Assembly (NCBI GenBank): GCA_965219085.1
Contig: OZ244720.1
Coordinates: 1,312,001-1,376,000 of the forward strand
DNA from: Dehalococcoidia bacterium
GTDB taxonomy: Bacteria; Chloroflexota; Dehalococcoidia; UBA2979
DNA: 64,000 nucleotides
Direction: 5' to 3'
The notes under the pieces are model-generated. The model worked only from the letters and a program-made list of their open reading frames with translations, was not told where the DNA came from and searched no databases. The stretch's first letter is position 1, and each line of letters opens with the position of its first letter. This document shows, piece after piece, positions 38,170 through 46,967 of the stretch. The translations under genes were made by a program, and so were the position numbers.

Positions 38170-38910
38170 ATGACGGACACCGACACGGTCGTCGCGATCC
38201 TGCTCGCGGCCGGGCGCTCGCAGCGCATGGGCGGCATCGACAAGGTGTGGGCCAACCTCGGCGGCCGGCCGCTGCTCGCGTGGCCGCTCGATATGTTCGC
38301 CGCCCTCGACGCCGTCGACACCATCGTCGTCGTGTCGGGCGAGGAGCGGCGCGAGCAGATCGAGGCGCTCGCCGCGGAGTTCGCGCCCGGCCGCGACCTG
38401 CGCTGGGCCGAGGGTGGCGAACGCCGCTGCGACTCGGTCGCAGCCGGGCTCGCCGCCGCGCCCGAGGCTGCCTGGTACCTCGTCCACGACGCCGCCCGCC
38501 CGCTCGCGAGCGCCGTGCTGACGCGGCGCGTGCTCGACGCGGCGCGCGAGGGCGGCGCGGCCATCCCCGGCCTCGCCGTCGCCGACACCATGAAGGTCGT
38601 CGACGCCGACGGGCAGGTGACGAGCACCCTCGACCGCGGCGTGCTGCGCGCCGTGCAGACGCCGCAGGCGTTCGCCGGCCCGCTGCTGCGACGCGCCCAC
38701 GCCGCGGCCGACAACGCCGACGCGACCGACGACGCGCAGCTCGTCGAGCAGCTCGGCGAGCCGGTGTGGGTGGTCGAGGGCGAGCCCACGGCGCTGAAGG
38801 TGACGACCTCCGAGGACCTCGAGCGGGTGCGCTCGCTCGTCGAGCGTCAGGAGCCGCGGTCGCTGCTCGACGCGCCGATCCCGCGCGGGGCGGACCACGT
38901 GGCCGGCTGA
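38170..38910 (+). CDS. ispD: 2-C-methyl-D-erythritol 4-phosphate cytidylyltransferase
   Basis: AAG...RM...K, VHDAARP, QTPQAF, TDDA, KVTT.EDL. Confidence 0.96.
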   Translation: MTDTDTVVAILLAAGRSQRMGGIDKVWANLGGRPLLAWPLDMFAALDAVDTIVVVSGEERREQIEALAAEFAPGRDLRWAEGGERRCDSVAAGLAAAPEAAWYLVHDAARPLASAVLTRRVLDAAREGGAAIPGLAVADTMKVVDADGQVTSTLDRGVLRAVQTPQAFAGPLLRRAHAAADNADATDDAQLVEQLGEPVWVVEGEPTALKVTTSEDLERVRSLVERQEPRSLLDAPIPRGADHVAG

Positions 38911-39389
38911 TGCGCATCGGCAACGGCTACGACGTGCACCGCTTCGCCGCGGGCGGGACGCTGCGCCTCGGCGGCGTCGAGATCGCCGACGCGCCCGCGC
39001 TCGACGGGCACAGCGACGGCGACACGCTGATCCACGCCGTCATCGACGCGCTGCTCGGCGCGGCCGGCGAAGGCGACATCGGCGAGCACTTCCCGCCCGG
39101 CGACCCGACCACGGCGGGCATCGACAGCCGCGAGTTGCTGACGCGCGTGGTGCGGCTGGTGTCGGCGCGCGGCTACCGCGTCGTCAACGTCGACGCCACC
39201 GTCATCGCCGAGCGCCCCCGCCTGCGCCCGCACATCGCCGCGATGCGGGAGGCGCTGGCGTGGGGGCTCGGAGTGGAGGCGTCGGCGGTGAACATCAAGG
39301 CGACGACGAACGAGCGCCTCGGCGAGATCGGCGCCGGCGAGGCGATCGCTGCGCTGGCGGTGGCGTTGCTGGATGAGGGTGGGGAGTAG
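38910..39389 (+). CDS. ispF: 2-C-methyl-D-erythritol 2,4-cyclodiphosphate synthase
   Basis: MRIG.GYDVH, GHSDGD...HA..DALLGA, KATTNE.LG. Confidence 0.97.
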   Translation: MRIGNGYDVHRFAAGGTLRLGGVEIADAPALDGHSDGDTLIHAVIDALLGAAGEGDIGEHFPPGDPTTAGIDSRELLTRVVRLVSARGYRVVNVDATVIAERPRLRPHIAAMREALAWGLGVEASAVNIKATTNERLGEIGAGEAIAALAVALLDEGGE

Positions 39390-39515
39390 GGAACCCTCGG
39401 GCGGCGCACGAGTGAGCATCGAAATGCAGCAGCGACTTCGTACGATCGCGAGGACTACGACTGCACGACATGGCGCATCCTCTCGCGCCGCCGCCCGGTT
39501 CCAGTGCGGGCGCTG

Positions 39516-39524
39516 TGTTACCAT
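39516..39524 (+). promoter_or_regulatory. extended -10 promoter element
   Basis: TG-n-TACCAT ~115 nt upstream of NYN start. Confidence 0.5.
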
Positions 39525-39529
39525 CGCGG

Positions 39530-39625
39530 CAGTCGAGCCCCCGGCGGTTCTCCCTCGGCTAGCGAGATGGTTCCCCGCCGGAAGTTCTGTCTGAGGGCCA
39601 CGGGCCAAGCCTGTGGCCCTTCTGT
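39530..39625 (+). ncRNA. candidate structured leader/antitoxin RNA upstream of NYN
   Basis: ccggcgg(39541-47)/ccgccgg(39575-81) stem with inner ctcg/cgag, then 12-bp hairpin agggccacgggc-caa-gcctgtggccct plus tctgtat. Confidence 0.45.
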
Positions 39626-39640
39626 ATACAGAGGTCGGCC

Positions 39641-40267
39641 ATGACCACAGTGCCTTCGCGCCCGGGCAATCGGATCTATTTGTTCGTCGACTTTGCGAAC
39701 CTCGAGTTGACCATGCGCGACCACGCCGGCCCCGGCTTCCGGTTCGACTGGAGCGTGTTCCCGGAGTGGTTGGTCCGCGAGGCTGCGGGGCTTGTCCAAT
39801 TGCAGTCATGGTCCTACGAGGCGGTCAGCGTCTACGTCTCCTACGACCCCTCGAATCCGAACTCGGGTCGCTTCCGCGAGTGGACCCGAACGACGCTCAA
39901 CCGGATGCCCGGTGTCCACGTCATCGAGAAAGAACGGCGGCGGCGCCTCCGCCCACCGCGGTGTCCTCACTGCCACAACGACATCCAGACATGCCCCACC
40001 TGCGGCCGAGAGCCGCGCGGCATGCAGGAGAAGGGCATCGACACGCAGATCGTGACCGACATGATCAAGCTGGCGTGGGAAGACGCATACGACGTGGCCG
40101 TCCTCGTGTCGTCCGACGCCGACTTCATTCCCGCAGTCGACTTCCTGCATGACAGGGGGCGCAAGGTGATCCAGGCGGGGTTCCGAGGCACCGGGAACGA
40201 CCTGGCGGCACAGTGCTGGGCGTCCTTCGATCTCTTCGAGCGCCGCGAGGAGTTCCAGCGCCCGTAG
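39641..40267 (+). CDS. NYN domain nuclease with internal CxxC-x5-CxxC
   Basis: FVDFANL, QEKGIDTQI..D, SSDADF; CPHC..CPTC insertion. Confidence 0.92.
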   Translation: MTTVPSRPGNRIYLFVDFANLELTMRDHAGPGFRFDWSVFPEWLVREAAGLVQLQSWSYEAVSVYVSYDPSNPNSGRFREWTRTTLNRMPGVHVIEKERRRRLRPPRCPHCHNDIQTCPTCGREPRGMQEKGIDTQIVTDMIKLAWEDAYDVAVLVSSDADFIPAVDFLHDRGRKVIQAGFRGTGNDLAAQCWASFDLFERREEFQRP

Positions 40268-40298
40268 GCGCGTCCCCGCCCTCGTGGGGCGCGGTCAG

Positions 40299-40348
40299 GG
40301 CGATGGCGGCGCTTGCCGTGGCGTTGTTGGATGAGGGTGGGGAGTAGG
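40299..40348 (+). repeat. diverged duplicate of ispF 3' end
   Basis: 45/50 identical to 39341-39390; encodes AMAALAVALLDEGGE*. Confidence 0.92.
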
Positions 40349-40349
40349 A

Positions 40350-42038
40350 ATGACCACGGAGCCGTATACGCCTGACACCGCACGATGGGACGCCTTCGTT
40401 GAGTGGGCGCGGCGCTTCTTCGAGTGGGACGAGTTCGAAGAGGCCGAGCGGAACTACAAGCTGGAACTTGGAACGGCTCTGGCGGAAGCACGGGACACCT
40501 TCATCAGTGAACGTCCTGAATGGCGTGAGTTGCTGCGTCAAGTTGTGGGTTCGCCGAACGTCCCTGTCTTTAGGATCATGATCTTTCGGTTCATCGATCT
40601 CCTGCAGACCGACACCGCAATGGTCGCCGACGCATTGCGTTACCTCTGGTCGACAGGCGACTCGGTAACGCGACGGGAAAGAGTGCGTGGATTCGTCGGG
40701 GGCCTCAGTGGCGCGCCGCAGCCCATCGGGACGGCGGAGAGCCTTGCGGCGTTCCTGCTGTTGGCGCGGGACCCCACCTCCAATCCGTTCTACATGTGGA
40801 GCCCGTTCCGAACTGCGTACCAGATGACCGGTTACCCGCTCGTTAGTGTCCGGGCGCCACCGGCAGACAAGTACGGGCATGCTGTCGACTTCCTCGATGA
40901 GTTTATTCGTCAGGCGGCGAACCGAGACCTCGCGCTCCGCGACCGGCTCGATGCGCAGTCTCTCGTGTGGTGTGTCACGCAGTCGACGCCCGAGGAGTGG
41001 GATCCGCAGACTTTGGTGAAACTTGAAGGATACCGCGAGTCGCGCGGTGATCCCCCGACCAATCCTCCGGACGGACCGGAAACGCCCTGCGGCGATACGA
41101 CGACGGCGCCTGACTGGCCCGGGTTGGCCGCAAGGCTGCTCTGGGAGACCGGCCACCTGGAGGAGATCGTCGCGGACCTGGAAGACAAGCGGCAGATGAT
41201 CTTCTACGGGCCGCCGGGCACCGGGAAGACCTTCGTCGCGAAGGCGATAGCAGAGGAGTATGCGAGGGTGGGCGGCGGCTTCGAGATCGTGCAGTTCCAT
41301 CCCTCGTACTCCTACGAGGACTTCGTCGAGGGCTTCCGGCCCACCCTCGAAGGCGGACGAGCGGGCTTCGCGCTCAGGCAGGGCCCGCTGAAGCGGATTG
41401 CGGCCGCCGCGGCAGCGAATCCTGACGCGACCTATGTGCTCGTGATCGACGAACTCAACCGGGGCAACGTCGCCAAGGTGTTCGGCGAGCTGTACTTCCT
41501 GCTTGAGTACCGCCGAGAGGATATCCAGCTCCAGTACAGCGAGGGCGAGCGATTCCGGCTGCCTGAGAATCTGCTCTTCATCTGCACGATGAACACCGCC
41601 GACCGGTCGATCGCGCTTGTGGACGCTGCGCTCCGGCGGCGCTTCTGGTTCCACGGCTTCTTCCCCGACGAGGCACCGATCGAGGGGCTGCTTCGGCGCT
41701 GGCTCACGGACAACCAGCCTGGCGCAGAGTGGGTCGCCGACCTCGTCGACCGCGCCAACGAGCACCTCAACGATCGCGATGCGGCGATCGGCCCCAGCTA
41801 CTTCATGGACGACAAGGCCGAACTGAATGACGCGCGTGTAAGCCGCATTTGGCACCGCGCCGTCTGGCCATACATCGAGGAACAGTGCTACGGCGAGGAC
41901 GAGAAACTCGCGTCGCTGAGATACGAGAGCCTGCTCACCGAAGTCAACAGCGGTGCCCCAGCGCCTGCCGACGCTCCAACCGACGCCGAGCGCGAATCCG
42001 GCGGGGAAGCGGACGCGGATGCCGACGACCCGTCTTGA
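40350..42038 (+). CDS. mcrB: McrB-like AAA+ GTPase (type IV restriction)
   Basis: GPPGTGKT, QFHPSYSYEDFVEG, IDELNRG, MNTADRS, DAALRRRF. Confidence 0.95.
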   Translation: MTTEPYTPDTARWDAFVEWARRFFEWDEFEEAERNYKLELGTALAEARDTFISERPEWRELLRQVVGSPNVPVFRIMIFRFIDLLQTDTAMVADALRYLWSTGDSVTRRERVRGFVGGLSGAPQPIGTAESLAAFLLLARDPTSNPFYMWSPFRTAYQMTGYPLVSVRAPPADKYGHAVDFLDEFIRQAANRDLALRDRLDAQSLVWCVTQSTPEEWDPQTLVKLEGYRESRGDPPTNPPDGPETPCGDTTTAPDWPGLAARLLWETGHLEEIVADLEDKRQMIFYGPPGTGKTFVAKAIAEEYARVGGGFEIVQFHPSYSYEDFVEGFRPTLEGGRAGFALRQGPLKRIAAAAAANPDATYVLVIDELNRGNVAKVFGELYFLLEYRREDIQLQYSEGERFRLPENLLFICTMNTADRSIALVDAALRRRFWFHGFFPDEAPIEGLLRRWLTDNQPGAEWVADLVDRANEHLNDRDAAIGPSYFMDDKAELNDARVSRIWHRAVWPYIEEQCYGEDEKLASLRYESLLTEVNSGAPAPADAPTDAERESGGEADADADDPS

Positions 42039-43251
42039 ACTCCAGGAATGGAGGGAGCGTAGCGTCGAACTTTCGCTCGACGCAGCGCAGCTCGACGCCC
42101 TGCGGGCGGCGCGCATCGATGTGACGCCACACGGCGGCAACTGCTACGCGCTGCGGCCTTCCTCGCACATTGGCATCGTGACGGCTGGCGATCTCGCGGT
42201 CGTGGTACGTCCCAAGATCCCGATCGAGAGCGTGATGTTCGTCCTCGCGTACGCGCTCGGGATCTGGGACTGGCGTCAGGAAGACACCACCCTCGCTGTC
42301 GACACGGACGTCCTCGAAGCGATCCTGCCGGCGTTCGCTCATCACACCGAGCGGGCTATCCGCCGGGGACTGCGACAGGACTACCGCGTCGAGGAGGAGG
42401 CGCTCCACGCCGTGCGCGGCCGCATCGCCTTCGCCGAGCAGATTCGTCGGCGTCCCGGTATCCCGCTGCCAGTCGAGGTCCGCTACGATGACTTCACCGA
42501 GGACATCGAGGAGAACCGGCTGCTGCACACTGCCATCCACCTCCTGGGCCGCATCCCCATTCGCTCTCCCAGGTGGAGACAGGAGTTGCGGGGACTGCGC
42601 CCCAGATTCGCCACGGTCAGCGTGGGCTCGTACCGTCGAGGTGGAGTACCGGAGGTCCGGTACCACCGTCTCAATGAGCACTACCGCCCCGCGGTCGAAC
42701 TGGCACGTCTCATCATCGATTCATCGAGCTTCGAACTGCGTCACGGTGAGGTGACTGCGTCGTCGTTCTTGATCGACATGAACGACGTGTTCGAGCGGTT
42801 CCTGCGTTCGGCCCTCCGGGACACCCTTGGCCTGCCAGCGGGGGCGTGGCCTGACCTTGAGAGCCACAGGCGACTCACGCTCGACGAGGGTGGACGCATC
42901 GGGTTGATCCCGGACCTGATGTGGCGGCACCCCGTCGAGGGGACGCCGACATTCGTCGGGGATGCGAAGTACAAGCGGATCGAGCCAGACGGGTTCAAGC
43001 ATGGCGACGTCTACCAGATGCTTGCCTACTGCATCGCATCCGACCTGCCATCGGGCCTGCTTGTGTATGCCGCTGAGGAGCACGAGCCCCACCGGTACGT
43101 AATGAAGCACGTCGGCAAGACTATTGAAGTCGCGGCACTCGACCTGAGCGGTGATCCGGAGGCGATGCTGGAAGAGGTAGAGCGGATCGCGCGCATTGTT
43201 CATGAACACCGCGCTCTCGGGGCCGAGTCCATACGCGCGCTGTCCGCGTAA
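42019..43251 (+). CDS. mcrC: McrC-like nuclease subunit
   Basis: RPKI, D..ENRLL, IDMN.VFE.F, PD...DAKYK, DVYQMLAY. Confidence 0.93.
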   Translation: MPTTRLELQEWRERSVELSLDAAQLDALRAARIDVTPHGGNCYALRPSSHIGIVTAGDLAVVVRPKIPIESVMFVLAYALGIWDWRQEDTTLAVDTDVLEAILPAFAHHTERAIRRGLRQDYRVEEEALHAVRGRIAFAEQIRRRPGIPLPVEVRYDDFTEDIEENRLLHTAIHLLGRIPIRSPRWRQELRGLRPRFATVSVGSYRRGGVPEVRYHRLNEHYRPAVELARLIIDSSSFELRHGEVTASSFLIDMNDVFERFLRSALRDTLGLPAGAWPDLESHRRLTLDEGGRIGLIPDLMWRHPVEGTPTFVGDAKYKRIEPDGFKHGDVYQMLAYCIASDLPSGLLVYAAEEHEPHRYVMKHVGKTIEVAALDLSGDPEAMLEEVERIARIVHEHRALGAESIRALSA

Positions 43252-43331
43252 CATGCCGCATCACGCCCTCTCGCCCCCCTGTGCGATAATGCGCCAGCGC
43301 GCGGCCCGACGTCGCGCGGCGAGGAGCCGCC

Positions 43332-44048
43332 ATGAACTGGCTCGGCGCCATTCGCAGTGACATCGACGCCGCGCAGGCGAGGGATCCCGCCGCGCACGGC
43401 GCCCTCGAGGTGTTCCTGACGTACCCCGGCCTCCACGCGCTGATGATTCACCGCCTCACCCACCAACTGCACCTCTTCGGCATGCCCATCCTGCCGCGCC
43501 TGCTCTCGCACCTGAACCGCTTCATCACCGGCATCGAGATCCACCCCGCCGCGCGCATCGGGCGGCGCTGCTTCATCGACCACGGCATGGGCGTCGTGGT
43601 CGGCGAGACGACCGTCGTCGGCGAGGACTGCCACCTCTACCAGGGCGTCACCCTCGGCGGCACCTCGACGCGGCGTGAGAAGCGCCACCCCACGCTCGAG
43701 GACCGCGTGGTCGTCGGCGCGGGGGCGAAGATCATCGGCAACGTCACCATCGGCCACGACTCTCGCATCGGCGCCGGCGCCGTCGTCGTGTCGAGCGTAC
43801 CGCCGAATGCGACCGTCGTCGGCGTGCCCGGCCACGTCGTCGCCTTCACCAACACCAGCAACGACACCGTCGAGCGGCTCCCGGACCCCGAGTGGGACCG
43901 CATCGAGGAGCTCGAACGTCGCGTCGCGCGACTCGAACGCGAGCGGGCGGCGGGCGACCCGGCGGTCTCGGGCGTCGACGTGCCCCGGGGCGGCGTCGGC
44001 GGCTCGCCCGGCGGGTTCGACGGCGGAGCGTCCGAGCGGCCGTCCTGA
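43332..44048 (+). CDS. cysE: serine O-acetyltransferase
   Basis: [39 protein letters not shown]. Confidence 0.97.
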   Translation: MNWLGAIRSDIDAAQARDPAAHGALEVFLTYPGLHALMIHRLTHQLHLFGMPILPRLLSHLNRFITGIEIHPAARIGRRCFIDHGMGVVVGETTVVGEDCHLYQGVTLGGTSTRREKRHPTLEDRVVVGAGAKIIGNVTIGHDSRIGAGAVVVSSVPPNATVVGVPGHVVAFTNTSNDTVERLPDPEWDRIEELERRVARLERERAAGDPAVSGVDVPRGGVGGSPGGFDGGASERPS

Positions 44049-44072
44049 GCCGCGGCGTGGCCGGAACGCCGC

Positions 44073-44187
44073 GCTGACGCCCGGTATGCGGGGATACCCC
44101 GCTGACGCCCGGTATGCGGGGATACCCCGCTGACGCCCGGTATGCGGGGATACCCCGCTGTATTTCCGGGGATGCGGGGATGCCCCG
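44073..44187. repeat. 28-bp tandem repeat x3 plus degenerate fourth unit
   Basis: gctgacgcccggtatgcggggatacccc at 44073, 44101 and 44129; palindromic core gcgggg-ata-ccccgc. Confidence 0.95.
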
Positions 44188-44207
44188 TGGGGGGCACACT
44201 GGATCCC

Positions 44208-45677
44208 ATGCGACTGACGAACACGCTGACCGGAGCGGTCGACGCCCTCGCGCCCCTCGAGCCCGGGCGGCTCGGCATCTACATCTGCGGCGTCACACCG
44301 TACGCCGAGAGCCACGTCGGCCACGCGATGGCGGCGATCGTCTACGACGTGCTCGTGCGCTACCTGCGCTGGCCCGGCAGCGCCGCCGGCGGCTACGACG
44401 TGACGTTCGTGTCGAACTACACCGACATCGACGACAACGTGATCGCGCGCGCCGCCGAGGTGGGCCGCGACCCGCTCGAGCTCGTCGCCGAGAACATCGA
44501 CGAGTGGGAGGAGCAGCAGCGCGCGCTCAACCTCGTGTTCCCCGACGTGCGGCCGCGCGTGACGGGGCACATCGAGACCATCGTCGCGGCGACCGAGGCG
44601 ATCCTCGAGCGCGGCTACGCCTACGCCACCGAGGCCGGCGACGTCTACTTCCGGGTGCGCGCGAAGGACGACTACGGCAAGCTCTCGCACCGCGACATCG
44701 ACCAGCTGCGGTCGGGCACGCGCTTCGAGCCCGGCGAAGGCAAGGAGTTCCCGCTCGACTTCGCGCTGTGGAAGGCAACGAAGCCGGGCGAGCCCGCGTG
44801 GCCCTCGCCGTGGGGGCCGGGGCGCCCCGGCTGGCACATCGAGTGCTCGGCGATGTCGCAGCACTACCTCGGCGAGGCATTCGACATCCACGGCGGCGGG
44901 GTCGACCTCGTGTTCCCGCACCACGAGAACGAGATCGCGCAGGCCGAGGCGGCCACCGGCGCGTTCGCGCAGCACTGGCTGCACAACGGCCTCGTGCAGC
45001 GCGACGGCGAGAAGATGTCGAAGTCGATCGGCAACGTCGTGACGGTGCATGACGCGCTCGAACGCTGGCGGCCGGACGCGCTACGCCTGTTCGTCCTGAG
45101 CAGCCACTACCGAAGCCCGGCGAACCTCACCGACGAGGCCCTCGCAGCCGCCGAGTCCGGCCTCGATCGCCTGCTCGCGGCCTTGCGGGGTATCCCCGCA
45201 TCCCCAGGAGCACAGCGCGAGGCACCGGCGGGTAGCGGTGCGGCAGTCGACCCGTCCGCGGAGCGCGCGCGCTTCGTCGAGGCGCTCGAGGACGACCTCG
45301 GCACCCCACAGGCGCTCGCCGCGGTCTTCGACCTCGCACGCGCGATCAACCGCGGCCGCGACGCGGGCCACGACGTGCGAGCCGCACAGGCGACGCTCGC
45401 CGAGCTGACGCGCGATGTGCTCGGGCTACGCCTCGAGGAGCCCGATGCGATTGAGGTGCTCGACGTGGTGGCGCTGTCGAAGCTGGCGTCGAAGCACGAC
45501 GTGTCGTGCGGCGGCAGCGACGCCGAGTCGACGATCGAGGCGCTGCTGGCCGCCCGCACCGACGCGCGCGCCGAGCGCGACTTCGCGCGCGCCGACGCGA
45601 TCCGCTCGGACCTCGCAGAGGCGGGGGTGGAGGTGGCGGATACGCCGGAGGGGCCGCGCTGGAGCGCGGGGCGGTAG
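44208..45677 (+). CDS. cysS: cysteine--tRNA ligase
   Basis: CGVTPY...HVGH, DFALWK, GRPGWHIECS, FPHHENE, KMSKS. Confidence 0.97.
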   Translation: MRLTNTLTGAVDALAPLEPGRLGIYICGVTPYAESHVGHAMAAIVYDVLVRYLRWPGSAAGGYDVTFVSNYTDIDDNVIARAAEVGRDPLELVAENIDEWEEQQRALNLVFPDVRPRVTGHIETIVAATEAILERGYAYATEAGDVYFRVRAKDDYGKLSHRDIDQLRSGTRFEPGEGKEFPLDFALWKATKPGEPAWPSPWGPGRPGWHIECSAMSQHYLGEAFDIHGGGVDLVFPHHENEIAQAEAATGAFAQHWLHNGLVQRDGEKMSKSIGNVVTVHDALERWRPDALRLFVLSSHYRSPANLTDEALAAAESGLDRLLAALRGIPASPGAQREAPAGSGAAVDPSAERARFVEALEDDLGTPQALAAVFDLARAINRGRDAGHDVRAAQATLAELTRDVLGLRLEEPDAIEVLDVVALSKLASKHDVSCGGSDAESTIEALLAARTDARAERDFARADAIRSDLAEAGVEVADTPEGPRWSAGR

Positions 45678-45686
45678 CGGAGCCGC

Positions 45687-45845
45687 TCAGCCAGTCGCGT
45701 CACCGCGAGGTTCCGCGCAGCGTGACGCCTGGATGCGTCGGGCGGTCGTTTCGAACAGTGGCTCGAGGCGCTCGTACTCCTGACGTACGTCGGGGTACTC
45801 CTCCAGGAGCTGTTCGCGGACGATGTCATGCTCGTTGTTGGTCAT
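45687..45845 (-). pseudogene. truncated XRE/HigA-type antitoxin (N-terminus only)
   Basis: MTNNEHDIVREQLLEEYPDVRQEYERLEPLFE...; GAGGTG RBS; ends before the HTH. Confidence 0.55.
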
Positions 45846-45916
45846 CTCACCTCACCCATACGCAGGGGGGACAAACGCCCATCGCGGATATACAATATAT
45901 CTACGAGGAGGGTGCC

Positions 45917-46156
45917 ATGGGTGCAATGTCGCACGTATCACGATGGGGCTCGAGCCTCGCCGTCCGGATTCCCAAGGCCCTGGCGGAGCAGTGGGGCGTC
46001 GAAGAGGGCTCGGCGATCGAACTCTTCGCCGAAGGCGAGGACATCGTACTGCGGAAGCGCAGCTATGACCTCGCCGACCTCGTGGCGGACATGAGCCCGG
46101 CGAACACCCATCCCGAAGTGGACTGGGGTGCGCCGCAGGGTGACGAGGTGTGGTAG
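45917..46156 (+). CDS. mazE: MazE/AbrB-fold antitoxin
   Basis: RWGSSLAVRIP, L.DLV, H.EVDWG...G.EVW. Confidence 0.93.
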   Translation: MGAMSHVSRWGSSLAVRIPKALAEQWGVEEGSAIELFAEGEDIVLRKRSYDLADLVADMSPANTHPEVDWGAPQGDEVW

Positions 46157-46491
46157 ACGAGCCGTACCTGCCCGACCGCGGTGACTTCGTCTGGCTCGAG
46201 TTCTCTCCCCAGGCCGGTCACGAGCAGGCGGGCCGTCGGCCCGCCCTCGTGGTGAGTCCACGCCAGTACAACGAGCGTTCCAGCGTCGCACTGCTCTGCC
46301 CCGTCACTTCGAGGGTGAGAGGGTACGCATTCGAAGTCCAGCTTCCTGGCGATGACCCGGTCAGCGGCGTCGTACTTGCCGACCAGGTCCGCAGCCTCGA
46401 CTGGCGGGCAAGACATGCGCGCTTCGTCGGTCGAGCGCCCCGACCGGTCGTCGCCGAAGTGCTGGCGAAGGTTCGGGCGTTGCTCGGCTGA
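46150..46491 (+). CDS. mazF: MazF/PemK endoribonuclease toxin
   Basis: RGD.VW.EF.P..GHEQAGRRPALV.S, CPVTS, DQVRSLDW. Confidence 0.95.
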   Translation: MVDEPYLPDRGDFVWLEFSPQAGHEQAGRRPALVVSPRQYNERSSVALLCPVTSRVRGYAFEVQLPGDDPVSGVVLADQVRSLDWRARHARFVGRAPRPVVAEVLAKVRALLG

Positions 46492-46598
46492 TTGCCTCGC
46501 GTTGACCCTCTTCGAACGCCGTTTCTATACTGGAGGGCACTCGTCTTCCAGGTTGGCTGGGAGACGATGCACTCTGGTGAGCGTCGGCCTTCCATCGA

Positions 46599-46674
46599 GC
46601 CCGAGTGGCGCAATGGCAGCGCAACCGATTTGTAATCGGTAGGTTAGCGGGTTCGAATCCCCTCTCGGGCTCCA
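46599..46674 (+). tRNA. tRNA-Thr(TGT)
   Basis: gcccgag acceptor stem, accga-tttgtaa-tcggt anticodon arm, ttcgaat T loop, CCA. Confidence 0.93.
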
Positions 46675-46725
46675 CCGCGCCGCGGCGGCCCTGGGCGTGG
46701 ACGGTCGGCGCAACCGCGGCTCCGC

Positions 46726-46811
46726 GCAGGGGTGGGAGAGTGGTTAAATCCAGCGGTCTGTAAAACCGCCGCCTTACGGCTACGCAGGTTCAAATCCTGC
46801 CCCCTGCACCA
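46726..46811 (+). tRNA. tRNA-Tyr(GTA)
   Basis: gcagggg/cccctgc acceptor, ctgtaaa loop, long variable arm, CCA. Confidence 0.96.
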
Positions 46812-46891
46812 GCCGGACCGAGGCCGCGGCGCACGCGAAGCGGAGATGGCGCTCGGCGAGAGCCTCACGGGGCTTCGGGTTGCGGAATCCA

Positions 46892-46967
46892 GCCCTCATA
46901 GCTCAGTCGGTAGAGCGCGTTCTTGGTAAGAACGAGGTCAGCGGTTCGAATCCGCTTGAGGGCTCCA
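46892..46967 (+). tRNA. tRNA-Thr(GGT)
   Basis: gccctca/tgagggc acceptor, ttggtaa loop, CCA. Confidence 0.97.

Noticed and set aside
44073-44187. CRISPR array (28-bp unit with gcggggat, as in type I-E repeats)
   Set aside because: Units are contiguous with no unique spacers, and no cas genes are in the window.
2791-45050. Very long alternative-frame or antisense ORFs (e.g. 2791-4344, 7563-9149, 23140-25389, 34195-36579, 40125-42140, 43200-45050)
   Set aside because: They are shadows of recognisable genes, as expected in high-GC DNA, and carry no family motifs.
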